DNA of 64,000 nucleotides from Pedococcus sp. (GCA_036278855.1 DASUKI010000101.1:2152-66151), one strand, 5' to 3'; shown: positions 24,946-34,853, counted from the stretch's first letter. Program-made: numbers and translations. Notes: a model not told the origin generated them from the letters alone.

Positions 24946-25587
24946 TCACGCGAGCGCGGCGAGGTGGGAGGTTGCTCGTTCGACGGCTCGTGCGCGCATC
25001 GGCTGCGCTCCGAGCTGCTCGTGCTGGGCGACCAGGCACGGTTCGTTGCGGCACAGGGCCAGCCCCCGTCGCCAGAGCACGTGCGGAGGCTTGCGGTGCT
25101 CACGAAGGTCGCGCACCAACCGTCGCCAGAAGGTCAGCCAGCGGTTGTTGCGCACGCAGTATGCCGCTGCGAGCACACCTTTGGCGCGCAGGTCACGCAC
25201 GACCTGGCCGGCGAAGATGCCCTCCGCGATGATGACCTGTTCCGTCGCGGCGTGCACCTTCGTGACCCCGACCGCGCGGGAGCGGCTGATGTCGTAGACG
25301 GGGACGCGTGCCGCTCCGTCGGAGCAGAGAGTCAGCAGGGCGTGGAGGGCAGCGTCGTGGTCCCAGGAGCGCGCGTCGTCCCAGTCGGGGATGCCGATGG
25401 GGAGCATGGGCAGGTTCGCGTCGTCGCCGTCGCGGTAGAAGTCGTCGAGCCGGACGATCGGCCAGCCGTGCCGCCGCGACAGGCGGGCGGCCAGTCGCGA
25501 CTTGCCGGCCCCACTCGGGCCCGTCAGCACGACGACCCGGCGAGCGGGCGACTCGGTCCGGCGGTGTTCCGTGACGGGATGGGCCAC
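24946..25587 (-). CDS. Uridine kinase-like P-loop kinase
   Basis: GPSGAGKS, LDDFY, PVYDIS, IAEGIF, RRLVRD; TAGACT -10 upstream of GTG 25587. Confidence 0.8.
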   Translation of the reverse strand: MAHPVTEHRRTESPARRVVVLTGPSGAGKSRLAARLSRRHGWPIVRLDDFYRDGDDANLPMLPIGIPDWDDARSWDHDAALHALLTLCSDGAARVPVYDISRSRAVGVTKVHAATEQVIIAEGIFAGQVVRDLRAKGVLAAAYCVRNNRWLTFWRRLVRDLREHRKPPHVLWRRGLALCRNEPCLVAQHEQLGAQPMRARAVERATSHLAALA

Positions 25588-25664
25588 GGCAGGCCAGTCT
25601 ACGGGGCGACCACGCGCGGCCCGGGCCGGGCGCGACGGCGCGGGTCGGGGCCGCCTGGCCCGGG

Positions 25665-26216
25665 TCACATGGCGCGCGTCGGCGGCAAGACCACGGTCGG
25701 GCACTCGAACCAGCGGACGCGGGAGGAGTCGGGCCGGGTCTCCTCGAGCACGAGACGGGAACCGGCGTGCAGGAGCACTCGCACCGAGGCGGGGTTCTCG
25801 CCCTCGACGTCGGCCGTCACCACCGGAAGCCCGAAGTCGCGAGCGGCGATGTCGAGCACGGCTGCAAACGCCGCCCTGGCGACCCCCTGCCCTCGCCGCG
25901 AGGGGCGGACGTTACAGGCGACGTGCCCGTGGTGGCTGCGGTAGGGCGCCTCGAGCCACGGGCGAAACCGCAACTCGCCCAGCACCTCTCCGTCGGAGGC
26001 CACGATCATGTAGCTGATCTGCCGGAAGACTCCGTCCGGCCCCGACGGGGAGTCTCCCTCGAGAGCGACATCGCCCAAGAAGGCGTCGAAGTCGCGCAGC
26101 GCCAGCTCGCCGTCATTGAACGGGTAGGCGCCGGCGAGCTCCTGCCACTCCCGGACCATCGCCTGGTAGCCGGCCCGGTGTGCGGGACCGAGCTGCTCCA
26201 ACCGCACAGGCTTCAC
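25665..26216 (-). CDS. GNAT family N-acetyltransferase
   Basis: GHVACNVRPSRRGQGVA, NPASVRV; start inferred. Confidence 0.78.
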   Translation of the reverse strand: MKPVRLEQLGPAHRAGYQAMVREWQELAGAYPFNDGELALRDFDAFLGDVALEGDSPSGPDGVFRQISYMIVASDGEVLGELRFRPWLEAPYRSHHGHVACNVRPSRRGQGVARAAFAAVLDIAARDFGLPVVTADVEGENPASVRVLLHAGSRLVLEETRPDSSRVRWFECPTVVLPPTRAM

Positions 26217-26335
26217 ACCTGGTGATCCTGCCGCGCAAACCGCCTGTCGGGCAAGAGGTTCAGGGACGGAGGCCGACACCACCGGCCGTGCTTTCCGCAC
26301 CAGAGCAAGAGTCGTGAGGACCGGCGGACCGGCGG

Positions 26336-27265
26336 TCAGGTCCCCTTCGGGTGCCAGACGGTCTTGGTCTCGAGGAAGGCCCGCAGACGGGTGAGGTCCG
26401 GCGTGGCATCCCAGTCGGGTTCGACCGCCTCGGGGCCATCCCCCGCCGGGCGCAACACGCGCGTCACGGTGTCCGCGGCGGCGCGCTCGAGGTCGCCCCA
26501 CTCGACGTCGGCGGCCCCTGCTGCCCCGGTCAGGTCGATGGCGTTGACGTCGGCGTGCGAGGCGAGCCACGGTGCGATCTCGGCCGTCCGACCGGTGAGC
26601 ACGTTGATGACCCCGCCGGGCACGTCGGAGGTCGCAAGGACCTCGGTCAGGGTGACGGCCGGCAGAGGCCGCTCCTCGCTGGCCACCACGACCGCGGTGT
26701 TCCCGGAGACGACAATCGGTGCGAGCACGGAGACCAGTCCCAGCAGCGACGACCGTTGCGGGGCGAGCGCGGCCACGACCCCGGTGGGTTCGGGGGCAGA
26801 GATGTCGAAGTAGGGCCCGGCGACCGGGTTGAGCCCACCGAGGACCTGGGTGATCTTGTCGGACCACCCGGCATCCCAGACCCACCGGTCGATCGACGCG
26901 TCGACGACCGACTCGGCCTGGCGGGCGGTGAGCCCCTCGGCGGCGCGCACCTCGGTCGCGAACTGGTCGCGGCGCCCCTCCATCAGCTCGGCGACGCGGT
27001 AGAGCACCTGACCCCGGTTGTACGCCGTGGCGCCCGCCCAGCCGGCGACGGCGCCACGGGCGGCCCGCACCGCGTCGCGTGCGTCCTTGCGTGAGCCCAG
27101 TGCGGCGTTGGCGAGGAACGCGGGGGAGCGTCCGGCCGAGAACACCTGGTAGGAGCGGCCGGACTCGCTGCGCGGGAACTTGCCCCCGACATACAGCTTG
27201 TAGGTCTTGCGCACCTCGAGGCGTGACGAGCTCCCCGCGGTGCGTCGCGTCGCGGTCGGGCTCAT
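26336..27265 (-). CDS. Truncated aldehyde dehydrogenase-like protein (NAD-binding fold only; ALDH16 C-terminal-like)
   Basis: KTYKLYVGGKFPRSESG, EPTGVV, SHADVNAIDLTG, ETKTVWHP; no ELGG Glu or catalytic Cys; ATGA-coupled to the full ALDH. Confidence 0.85.
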   Translation of the reverse strand: MSPTATRRTAGSSSRLEVRKTYKLYVGGKFPRSESGRSYQVFSAGRSPAFLANAALGSRKDARDAVRAARGAVAGWAGATAYNRGQVLYRVAELMEGRRDQFATEVRAAEGLTARQAESVVDASIDRWVWDAGWSDKITQVLGGLNPVAGPYFDISAPEPTGVVAALAPQRSSLLGLVSVLAPIVVSGNTAVVVASEERPLPAVTLTEVLATSDVPGGVINVLTGRTAEIAPWLASHADVNAIDLTGAAGAADVEWGDLERAAADTVTRVLRPAGDGPEAVEPDWDATPDLTRLRAFLETKTVWHPKGT

Positions 27266-28719
27266 CGTGTGGCTCCCGTCGTGAGGTAGGCCTCGAGGCC
27301 GTGGCGGCCGCCCTCGCGGCCGTAGCCGGACTCCTTGTAGCCGCCGAACGGCGAAGTGGGATCGAAGCGGTTGAAGGTGTTGGCCCACACCACGCCGGCC
27401 CGCAGCTGGTCGGCCATCCACAGGATGCGCGATCCCTTCTCGGTCCAGATGCCGGCCGACAGTCCGTATGGCGTGTTGTTGGCTCGCGCGACCGCCTCCT
27501 GTGGCGTGCGGAAGGTCAGCACCGACAGCACGGGACCGAAGACCTCCTCCTGCGCGATGCGGTGGGTCTGCGAGACGTCGGTGAAGACCGTTGGGGCAAA
27601 CCAGAAGCCGCGGTCGGGCAGATCGCAGGGCGGGCTCCACCTGATGGCGCCCTCCGCCTCTCCGACTTCCACGAGGTCGCGGATGCGCTGGAGTTGCGCC
27701 GCCGAGTTGATCGCCCCGACGTCGGTGTTCTTGTCGAGCGGGTCACCCACCCGCAGGGTCGTCAGCCGGCGCTTGAGCCGACTGACGACGTCGTCGGCCA
27801 CCGACTCCTGGACCAGCAGGCGCGACCCGGCGCAGCAGACGTGGCCCTGGTTGAAGAAGATGCCGTTGACGATGCCCTCGACCGCCTGGTCGATCGCCGC
27901 GTCGTCGAAGACGATGTTGGCCGCCTTGCCGCCGAGCTCGAGGGTGGCCCGCTTGCGGGTGCCGGCGATGGAGCGGGCGATGGCCTTGCCGACCGCCGTG
28001 GAACCGGTGAACGCGATCTTGTCGACGCCTTCGTGCTCCACCAGGGCCTGGCCCGTGGCGCCCGCCCCGGTCACGATGTTGACGACACCGGGCGGCAGGT
28101 CGGCCTGCTGGCAGACCTCGGCGAACAACAGCGCCGTCAGCGGCGTGGTCTCGGCCGGCTTGAGCACCACGGTGTTGCCGGTCGCCAGGGCCGGGGCGAT
28201 CTTCCAGGCAAGCATGAGCAGCGGGAAGTTCCAGGGGATCACCTGGCCCACGACGCCCAGCGGCTTCGGCGACCCGCCCTGCGGCGTGGAGAGACCGGCG
28301 TAGTCCAGCTTGTCGGCCCAGCCGGCGTGGTAGAAGAAGTGTGCCGCCGCGGTCGGGATGTCGACGTCGCGCGACTCCTTGATCGGCTTGCCGTTGTCGA
28401 GGGTCTCGAGCACCGCGAACTCGCGGGCGCGCTCCTGCAGGATCCGCGCGATCCGGAAGAGGTACTTGCCGCGTTCGGCACCCGACAGGCGTCCCCACGG
28501 CCCGGCATACGCCTTGCGGGCCGCCCTGACGGCGCGGTCCACGTCGGCGGCGCTGGCCTCGGTGACCTCCGCCAGCACCTCCTCGGTGGCCGGGCTGATC
28601 GACTTGAAGTGCCCACCGCCGTCCGACTCGACGAACTCCCCGCCGATGAACAGGCCGTAGGACGGTCGCAGGTCGACGATCGCCCGTGACTCGGGTGCCG
28701 GCGCGTAGGTGAAGGTCAT
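27262..28719 (-). CDS. Aldehyde dehydrogenase
   Basis: IPWNFP, KPAETTP, FTGST, LELGGK, GHVCCAG, EEVFGPV, PFGGYKESG. Confidence 0.95.
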   Translation of the reverse strand: MTFTYAPAPESRAIVDLRPSYGLFIGGEFVESDGGGHFKSISPATEEVLAEVTEASAADVDRAVRAARKAYAGPWGRLSGAERGKYLFRIARILQERAREFAVLETLDNGKPIKESRDVDIPTAAAHFFYHAGWADKLDYAGLSTPQGGSPKPLGVVGQVIPWNFPLLMLAWKIAPALATGNTVVLKPAETTPLTALLFAEVCQQADLPPGVVNIVTGAGATGQALVEHEGVDKIAFTGSTAVGKAIARSIAGTRKRATLELGGKAANIVFDDAAIDQAVEGIVNGIFFNQGHVCCAGSRLLVQESVADDVVSRLKRRLTTLRVGDPLDKNTDVGAINSAAQLQRIRDLVEVGEAEGAIRWSPPCDLPDRGFWFAPTVFTDVSQTHRIAQEEVFGPVLSVLTFRTPQEAVARANNTPYGLSAGIWTEKGSRILWMADQLRAGVVWANTFNRFDPTSPFGGYKESGYGREGGRHGLEAYLTTGATR

Positions 28720-28760
28720 GTCCGCCTCATGGGTCTCGCTGTGCTCGCGTGCTGGTCTGT

Positions 28761-29747
28761 TCAGTCGATCGTCACGTAGTCGGCGCCGGAGTAGGCCCCG
28801 GTGCGCAGCTTGTGCCGTTGCAGGATCAGGTCGTTCAGCAGGCTCGACGCCCCGAACCGGAACCGGGCCGGGTCGAGCCAGTCCTCCCCGGCCGTCTCAC
28901 TCACGGTGACGAGGTACTTGATGGCGTCCTTGGAGGTGCGGATGCCGCCGGCGGGCTTCACCCCGATCATCTCTCCGGTCTGGTCGCGCCAGTCGCGGAC
29001 CGCCTCGAGCATGATGAGGGTGACGGGCAGGGTGGCCGCGGGGGAGACCTTGCCGGTGGAGGTCTTGATGAAGTCGGCACCGGCGAGCATGGCCAGGAAG
29101 GATGCCCGGCGCACGTTGTCGTAGGTCGCGAGCTCTCCGGTCTCGAGGATGACCTTGAGGTGGGCCGGCCCGCCCTCGGACTCCGGCCGGTCGCAGGCCC
29201 CCTTGATCGCGGCGATCTCGTCGAAGACGTCGAGGTAGCGGCCGGACAGGAAGGCGCCGCGGTCGATGACCATGTCGATCTCGTGGGCCCCGGCCTGAAC
29301 CGCGTCGCGCGTGTCGGCGAGCTTGACCTGCAACGAGGCCCGCCCCGACGGGAAGGCCGTCGCGACTGCAGCCACGTGGATGTCGGTGCCGCGCAGGGCG
29401 TCGATCGCCACCGGGACGAGGTCGTTGTAGACGCACACGGCAGCCACCTGCGGGGTGCTGGGGTCGCTCGGGTCGGGCACCCGTGCCTTGGCGCACAGCG
29501 ACCGCACCTTGCCGTGGGTGTCGGCACCCTCGAGGGTGGTCAGGTCGACCATGCTGATGGCGGTGTCGATCGCCCAGGCCTTGGCCGTGGTCTTGATGGA
29601 CCGCGTGCCGAGCGCCGCCGCCCGTGCGTCGCAGCCGACCCGGTCCACCCCTGGCAGGCCGTGCAGCCACGAGGTGAGTGCTCGGCCGGTCAGCCGGGTC
29701 ACGCCCAGGTGGTCCCGGGCTCGGGTGGTGGCGGTGGAGGAACTCAC
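28761..29747 (-). CDS. deoC: Deoxyribose-phosphate aldolase
   Basis: DLTTLEG, EIDMVI, LKVILETGEL, DFIKTSTGK, GVKPAGGIR, RFGASSL. Confidence 0.95.
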   Translation of the reverse strand: MSSSTATTRARDHLGVTRLTGRALTSWLHGLPGVDRVGCDARAAALGTRSIKTTAKAWAIDTAISMVDLTTLEGADTHGKVRSLCAKARVPDPSDPSTPQVAAVCVYNDLVPVAIDALRGTDIHVAAVATAFPSGRASLQVKLADTRDAVQAGAHEIDMVIDRGAFLSGRYLDVFDEIAAIKGACDRPESEGGPAHLKVILETGELATYDNVRRASFLAMLAGADFIKTSTGKVSPAATLPVTLIMLEAVRDWRDQTGEMIGVKPAGGIRTSKDAIKYLVTVSETAGEDWLDPARFRFGASSLLNDLILQRHKLRTGAYSGADYVTID

Positions 29748-29822
29748 TGCTGGAGTCTAACCGCCTATGCTCGACCCTCGGACGGCGTGCCAGCCGGCCT
29801 GACCCGATGATTGCCGAGGACG

Positions 29823-30488
29823 ATGAACGACCCCGCTCCGCCTTCCTCCCGCCACGTTTACCGCCAGCTCTCCCCGCAGGTGACGGGGTGGTGCTTCGTC
29901 GCGCTGGCGGCGTTGCTCATCGCGTTGGCGCTGCGGTCCTGGGGCGATCACCCCGCTCCGAAGCTCGTCGTCTGGCTGGTGTTCGGTGCCGTGCTGAGCT
30001 GGACCGTGCTGCTGCGCCCCTGCGTGGTGCTCAGCCTGGACGGCGTCACCTTCCGCAACATCATCCGCGACGTCCACCTGCCCTGGAACCAGGTCGATGT
30101 GATCGAGCCGCGCTGGAACCTGCGGATCTACACGCCCGAGGACCACGGCTACACCGCTTGGGCCATCTCCTCCCAGGTGGCGCGTCCCAACAGGGGCGGC
30201 GTCGGCGTGGGCGGGGGCCTGGGGTTCGGTGGTTTCGGCGGGCTGGGTCGCGCGGCCAGGGCCGACGCTGCTGCCGCGAGTGAGAGCGCCGGCCCCAAAC
30301 CGGGCAAGAGGGTCACCGCTGCGACCGTGGGCGACGACATCCGCAAGGCTCTGGTGGAGATCGAGGAGGCCGTCGAGCACGGCACCCTGCCCGAGCCGAG
30401 CGGCGAGGTGCGCTCCTCGTGGTACTGGCCGGCCGTCGGCGCACTGCTGGCGGTCACGATCGCCGTGGTCCTCGTCATGCTGCTGTGA
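29823..30488 (+). CDS. Bacterial PH-domain membrane protein
   Basis: Two N-terminal TMs, RP.V.....GVTFRN......LPW pattern, C-terminal TM; start 29811 or 29823. Confidence 0.7.
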   Translation: MNDPAPPSSRHVYRQLSPQVTGWCFVALAALLIALALRSWGDHPAPKLVVWLVFGAVLSWTVLLRPCVVLSLDGVTFRNIIRDVHLPWNQVDVIEPRWNLRIYTPEDHGYTAWAISSQVARPNRGGVGVGGGLGFGGFGGLGRAARADAAAASESAGPKPGKRVTAATVGDDIRKALVEIEEAVEHGTLPEPSGEVRSSWYWPAVGALLAVTIAVVLVMLL

Positions 30489-30492
30489 GACC

Positions 30493-30534
30493 ACAGCCCT
30501 GACGCGACAGCCCTGACGCGACAGACATGACGCG
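30493..30534. repeat. 14-bp tandem repeat, 3 copies
   Basis: ACAGCCCTGACGCG ACAGCCCTGACGCG ACAGACATGACGCG between convergent genes. Confidence 0.85.
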
Positions 30535-30545
30535 CGACGGTTTCT

Positions 30546-32234
30546 TCAGACTGCGGTGAGCTGCTCCAGCGCGGCGCGGACGCGGGCCAGCCTGGCGGCT
30601 GCCTCGGCGCGCGCGGCACCCAGCCCCCCACCGCCGACCGGGACGACGGCCTCGAGGTAGACCTTGAGCTTGGGTTCGGTCCCGCTCGGCCGCACGATGA
30701 CCCGACTCCCGTCGGCGAGGTGGTAGCGCAACCCCTCGGTGGCGGGCAGCTGTGGTGTCCCGACCGCGAGGTCGTCCACCCGAGAGACCGCGACGTCGGC
30801 GATCGAACCGGGCTGCCGCTCCCGCAGGCGCGCCATCACCGTCGCGATCAGGGACAGGTCGGCGACCCGCACGGAGAAGGCGTCGGTGGCGTGCACCCCG
30901 TGCGCCACGGCCAGGTCGTCCAGCACGTCCAGCAGCGTGCGTCCCTCACCGTGCAGCGTGGCGGCCAGCTCGGCCACCAGCAGCGCCGCGCTGACCCCGT
31001 CCTTGTCACGCACCGTTCCAGGAGCCACGCAGTAGCCGAGCGCCTCCTCGTAGCCGTAGCGCAGGCCCGGCACCCGGGCGATCCACTTGAACCCGGTCAG
31101 CGTCTCCTCGTGCCGGATCCCGGCATCGGCGGCCATCGCGGCCAGCAGTCGGGACGAGACGATCGAGTTGGCGAAGACGGCGTCGGCTCCCACCCCGCGG
31201 GCGAGCAGGTGCGCGCCGATCAGGGCGCCGACCTCGTCGCCGCGCAGCATCCGCCACCCCGCCGGGTCGAGCTTCGTGGCGGCAGCCGGGTCGGGCACCG
31301 CCACGGCACACCGATCGGCGTCGGGGTCGTTGGCGAGCACGAGGTCGGGGTGCACCTCCGCAGCCAGCGCCAACGCCGCGTCGATCGCCCGGGGTTCCTC
31401 CGGGTTGGGGAAGGGGACGGTCGGGAAGTCCGGGTCCGGCTCGGCCTGGCTGTCCACCAGCGTCGGGGGCGGGAAGCCGGCCCTCTCGAAGGCGGACACC
31501 AGCACTTGGCTGCCGACACCGTGCAGCGCCGTGTGAACGATGCTGATCTCTCGTGGGCTGTCCGGCGCGACCACGGCCGCGGTGGCCTCGAGGTAGGCGT
31601 CGACGAGCTCGTCGCCCATCGTGACCCAGCCGTCCGTGGCGAGCGGCACCGATCGCACCGACTCGACCCGACCGATCTCGGTCGAGATGTCCGCGTCCGC
31701 GGGGGGGACGATCTGGCTGCCGTCCCCGAGATAGACCTTGTAGCCGTTGTCCTGGGGCGGGTTGTGGCTCGCCGTCACCATGACACCGGCGTCGGCGCCG
31801 AGGTGCCGGATCGCAAACGCCAGCACCGGGGTCGGCAGCGGACGGGGCAGCACCATCGCATGACCACCGGCAGCCGTCACGACCGCCGCCGTGTCCCGGG
31901 CGAAGTCGTCGGAGCCGCGCCGCGCGTCGAAGCCGATCACCACGGCCGGGTCGTCCACCGTGTGCTTCAGGTATGCCGTGAGGCCGGCTGCCGTCCGGAT
32001 GACCACCGCACGGTTCATCCGGTTCGGGCCGGCGCCGAGCTCTCCGCGCAGCCCCGCGGTGCCGAACTCGAGCAACCCGCTGAACCGGTCGGCCAGGTCG
32101 GCGCGCGCTGCCGCGTCGTGCGGCGCCCGGTCGAGCAGGTCCCGCAGCTCGGCGCGGGTGTCCGGGTCCGGGTCGTCGGCCAGCCACGCAGCCGCCTGCT
32201 CGAGCAGGTCGTCCCCGCGGTCCGCCGCCGTCAT
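30546..32234 (-). CDS. Phospho-sugar mutase (PGM/PMM family; probable phosphopentomutase)
   Basis: FGTAGLRG, TASHNP, NDPDADR, YEEALG, RPSGTEPK; ATGA-coupled to punA. Confidence 0.92.
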   Translation of the reverse strand: MTAADRGDDLLEQAAAWLADDPDPDTRAELRDLLDRAPHDAAARADLADRFSGLLEFGTAGLRGELGAGPNRMNRAVVIRTAAGLTAYLKHTVDDPAVVIGFDARRGSDDFARDTAAVVTAAGGHAMVLPRPLPTPVLAFAIRHLGADAGVMVTASHNPPQDNGYKVYLGDGSQIVPPADADISTEIGRVESVRSVPLATDGWVTMGDELVDAYLEATAAVVAPDSPREISIVHTALHGVGSQVLVSAFERAGFPPPTLVDSQAEPDPDFPTVPFPNPEEPRAIDAALALAAEVHPDLVLANDPDADRCAVAVPDPAAATKLDPAGWRMLRGDEVGALIGAHLLARGVGADAVFANSIVSSRLLAAMAADAGIRHEETLTGFKWIARVPGLRYGYEEALGYCVAPGTVRDKDGVSAALLVAELAATLHGEGRTLLDVLDDLAVAHGVHATDAFSVRVADLSLIATVMARLRERQPGSIADVAVSRVDDLAVGTPQLPATEGLRYHLADGSRVIVRPSGTEPKLKVYLEAVVPVGGGGLGAARAEAAARLARVRAALEQLTAV

Positions 32235-33079
32235 GCCACTGCCCGGCGGACGATCTGCGCCAGCAGCCGGCCGCACCGGTCGGCAGCGGCGGCTCCCGCC
32301 TCGATGACCTCATCGTGCGACAGCGCCTGCTCGGAGATCCCGGCGGCGAGATTGGTGACGAGGGAGATGCCGAGGACCTCCAGGCCGCTCTCGCGGGCGG
32401 CGATCGCCTCGAGCGTCGTGGACATGCCGACCAGGTCGCCACCGAGCACCTTGGCCATCGCCACCTCGGCCGGCGTCTCGTAGTGCGGGCCGCGGAACTG
32501 CACGTAGACACCCTCATCCAGGTCGGGGTCCACCTCGCGGGCGAGCTCGCGCAGCCGTGGTGTGTAGAGGTCGGTCAGGTCGACGAAGTGGGCGCCCTCG
32601 ATGGGTGAGGCCGCCGTGAGGTTGAGGTGGTCCCGGATCAGCACCGGCGTGCCTGGCCCCCATGCGGGGTTGAGCCCGCCGCAGCCGTTGGTCAGCACGA
32701 TGGTGGAGCACCCCGCCGCGGCGGCCGTCCGCACTCCGTGCGCCACCGCCCTGACCCCGCGGCCCTCATAGAAGTGGGTGCGGGTGCCGAAGACGAGCGC
32801 GCGACGCCCGGTGTCGCCGACCGTCACCGAGCGCATGACACCGCAGTGCCCCGCGACCGCAGCGGCCGCGAAGCCCGGCACGTCCGCGTTGTCGATGGTG
32901 GCGACGGTCTCGCCGACCAGGTCACCGGTCTGCCCCCAGCCGGAGCCGAGGACCAGGGCGATGTCGTGGTGGTCGGTGCCGCTGCGCTCTGCGATCACCG
33001 CGGCCGCCGCGCGGGCCACCTCGAAGGGGTCGACGTCGGGTCGGTCGAGTTCCGGGGTGTCTTCCGTGGGGTCGGTCAC
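32231..33079 (-). CDS. punA: Purine-nucleoside phosphorylase (trimeric type)
   Basis: VLGSG, RTHFYEG, GPHYETPAE, VGMST, SLVTN; TACGAT -10 upstream of GTG 33079. Confidence 0.93.
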   Translation of the reverse strand: MTDPTEDTPELDRPDVDPFEVARAAAAVIAERSGTDHHDIALVLGSGWGQTGDLVGETVATIDNADVPGFAAAAVAGHCGVMRSVTVGDTGRRALVFGTRTHFYEGRGVRAVAHGVRTAAAAGCSTIVLTNGCGGLNPAWGPGTPVLIRDHLNLTAASPIEGAHFVDLTDLYTPRLRELAREVDPDLDEGVYVQFRGPHYETPAEVAMAKVLGGDLVGMSTTLEAIAARESGLEVLGISLVTNLAAGISEQALSHDEVIEAGAAAADRCGRLLAQIVRRAVA

Positions 33080-33210
33080 GCAGCGCATCGTATCCGTGGA
33101 GCCCACACCCGACTCGCCGGCCCGCAAGCCCCCCACCGGTCCGGCCGGACGGCACGTGGGCGGGCTGACGGGGTGCCGTCACGGCGCGCTGGTGGTGGTT
33201 GGATGACCCC

Positions 33211-34614
33211 GTGAATGATCCGCAGAAGTCAGTGGTCGTCCTCGGGGGCGGACCAGGGGGCTACGAAGCCGCGCTGGTCGCTGCCCAGCTCGGCGCGACG
33301 GTCACCGTGGTGGACCGGGACGGTCTCGGGGGAGCGTCCGTGCTCACGGACTGCGTCCCGAGCAAGGCCCTGATCTCGACCTCGGACTTCCTCTCCCGGT
33401 TCACCGCTGCCCGGGAGCTCGGGGTGGGGTTCCACGAGGCTCCGGGAGAGACGGCGATGGCCCACATGGCCGACGTCAACGCCCGGATCCTCGACCTGGC
33501 TGCTGCCCAGAGCCGCGACATCGGCGAGCGCCTCGCGTCCGACGGGGTGCGGGTGTGCCGTGGCGTGGGGCGGCTCACCGCGCCGGACCTGGTGCACGTC
33601 GAGTGCGCCGACGGGACCGAGGAGGACCTCGCCGCCGATGTCGTGCTGGTGGCGACGGGGTCCACCCCCCGCGTGATGGACACCGCGAGGCCGGACGGCG
33701 AGCGGATCCTCACCTGGCAACAGATCTATGCGCTGAAGGAGCTGCCCACCAAGCTGATCGTCGTGGGCTCCGGGGTGACCGGCGCCGAGCTCGCGCACGC
33801 CTACCTCGGGCTCGGCAGCGAGGTCGTCCTCGTCTCCTCCCGCGACCGGGTCCTGCCCGGTGAGGATGCCGACGCCGCGACCGTGATCGAGAACGTGTTC
33901 CGCCGTCGCGGCATGCAGGTCATGAACCGCTCCCGCGCCGCCGGGGTCGAGCGCACCCCCGACGGGGTCACCGTCACCCTCGTCGACGGCCGCACGGTCG
34001 ACGGGTCGCACGCGCTGCTCGCGGTCGGGTCGATCCCCGCCACGGCGGGACTCGGGCTCGAGGAGGCCGGTGTCGACCTGCGCGAGTCCGGCCACCTGCG
34101 CGTCGACCGGGTGTCACGCACCTCGAGGCAGGGCATCTACGCCGCGGGCGACTGCACCGGTGTCGTTCCCCTGGCGTCGGTGGCGGCGATGCAGGGACGG
34201 ATCGCGATGGCCCACGCCCTCGGTGACGCGGTCGCACCGCTCAACCGGCGGGCCATCAGCGCCAACATCTTCACGGACCCGGAGATCGCGACGGTCGGCT
34301 TCTCCCAGAAGGACATCGACGAGGGTGTCGTCGAGGCCCAGGCGGTCATGCTGCCGCTGGCGACGAACCCGCGCGCCAAGATGCAGAACGTCCAGGACGG
34401 GTTCGTGAAGCTGTTCGCTCGCACCGGCACCAGCATCGTGGTGGGTGGGGTGGTGGTCTCTCCGCGGGCCTCCGAGCTGATCTTCCCGGTCGCGCTCGCC
34501 GTGCAGAACCGGCTGACGGTGGACCAGCTGGCCAGCACCTTCACCATCTACCCGTCGCTGTCCGGCTCCATCGCCGAGGCCGCGCGCAAGCTGCACTCCC
34601 TCGAGGAGGACTAG
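33211..34614 (+). CDS. lpdA: NAD(P)H-quinone dehydrogenase (actinobacterial LpdA type)
   Basis: GGGPGG; ASVLTDCVPSK has only one redox Cys; GSGVTG, IYAAGD, IYPSLS. Start 33199-33211. Confidence 0.88.
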   Translation: MNDPQKSVVVLGGGPGGYEAALVAAQLGATVTVVDRDGLGGASVLTDCVPSKALISTSDFLSRFTAARELGVGFHEAPGETAMAHMADVNARILDLAAAQSRDIGERLASDGVRVCRGVGRLTAPDLVHVECADGTEEDLAADVVLVATGSTPRVMDTARPDGERILTWQQIYALKELPTKLIVVGSGVTGAELAHAYLGLGSEVVLVSSRDRVLPGEDADAATVIENVFRRRGMQVMNRSRAAGVERTPDGVTVTLVDGRTVDGSHALLAVGSIPATAGLGLEEAGVDLRESGHLRVDRVSRTSRQGIYAAGDCTGVVPLASVAAMQGRIAMAHALGDAVAPLNRRAISANIFTDPEIATVGFSQKDIDEGVVEAQAVMLPLATNPRAKMQNVQDGFVKLFARTGTSIVVGGVVVSPRASELIFPVALAVQNRLTVDQLASTFTIYPSLSGSIAEAARKLHSLEED

Positions 34615-34853
34615 CCACCGACAGGACACAACGCCTGGCTCACCTCTGCAGATCGCACGTCGCGCTGGCACTGGTATGGCGAGTGGCTGCCATACCGGCG
34701 TGTCCTCGGCGTGTCGGGGGGTAGCGCCAGCGCGAGCTGCGGTGTGCCGGTGGCCGTGGCTGCACCCGGCAGCGGGCGTCGGCGCGCTGCTCGGGAACGA
34801 CTGCACGTCAGTCGAGCGCGGGGATCTTTCGCAGCGTCGGGGGGAACGCCGGG

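Noticed and set aside
26336-27265. Short ALDH as a pseudogene
   Set aside because: Intact coupled ORF with a clean domain-level deletion and preserved C-terminus, consistent with an ALDH16-type structural subunit.
33199-34614. Dihydrolipoamide dehydrogenase
   Set aside because: Lacks the first Cys of CxxxxC and the His-Glu pair; fits the LpdA quinone reductase.
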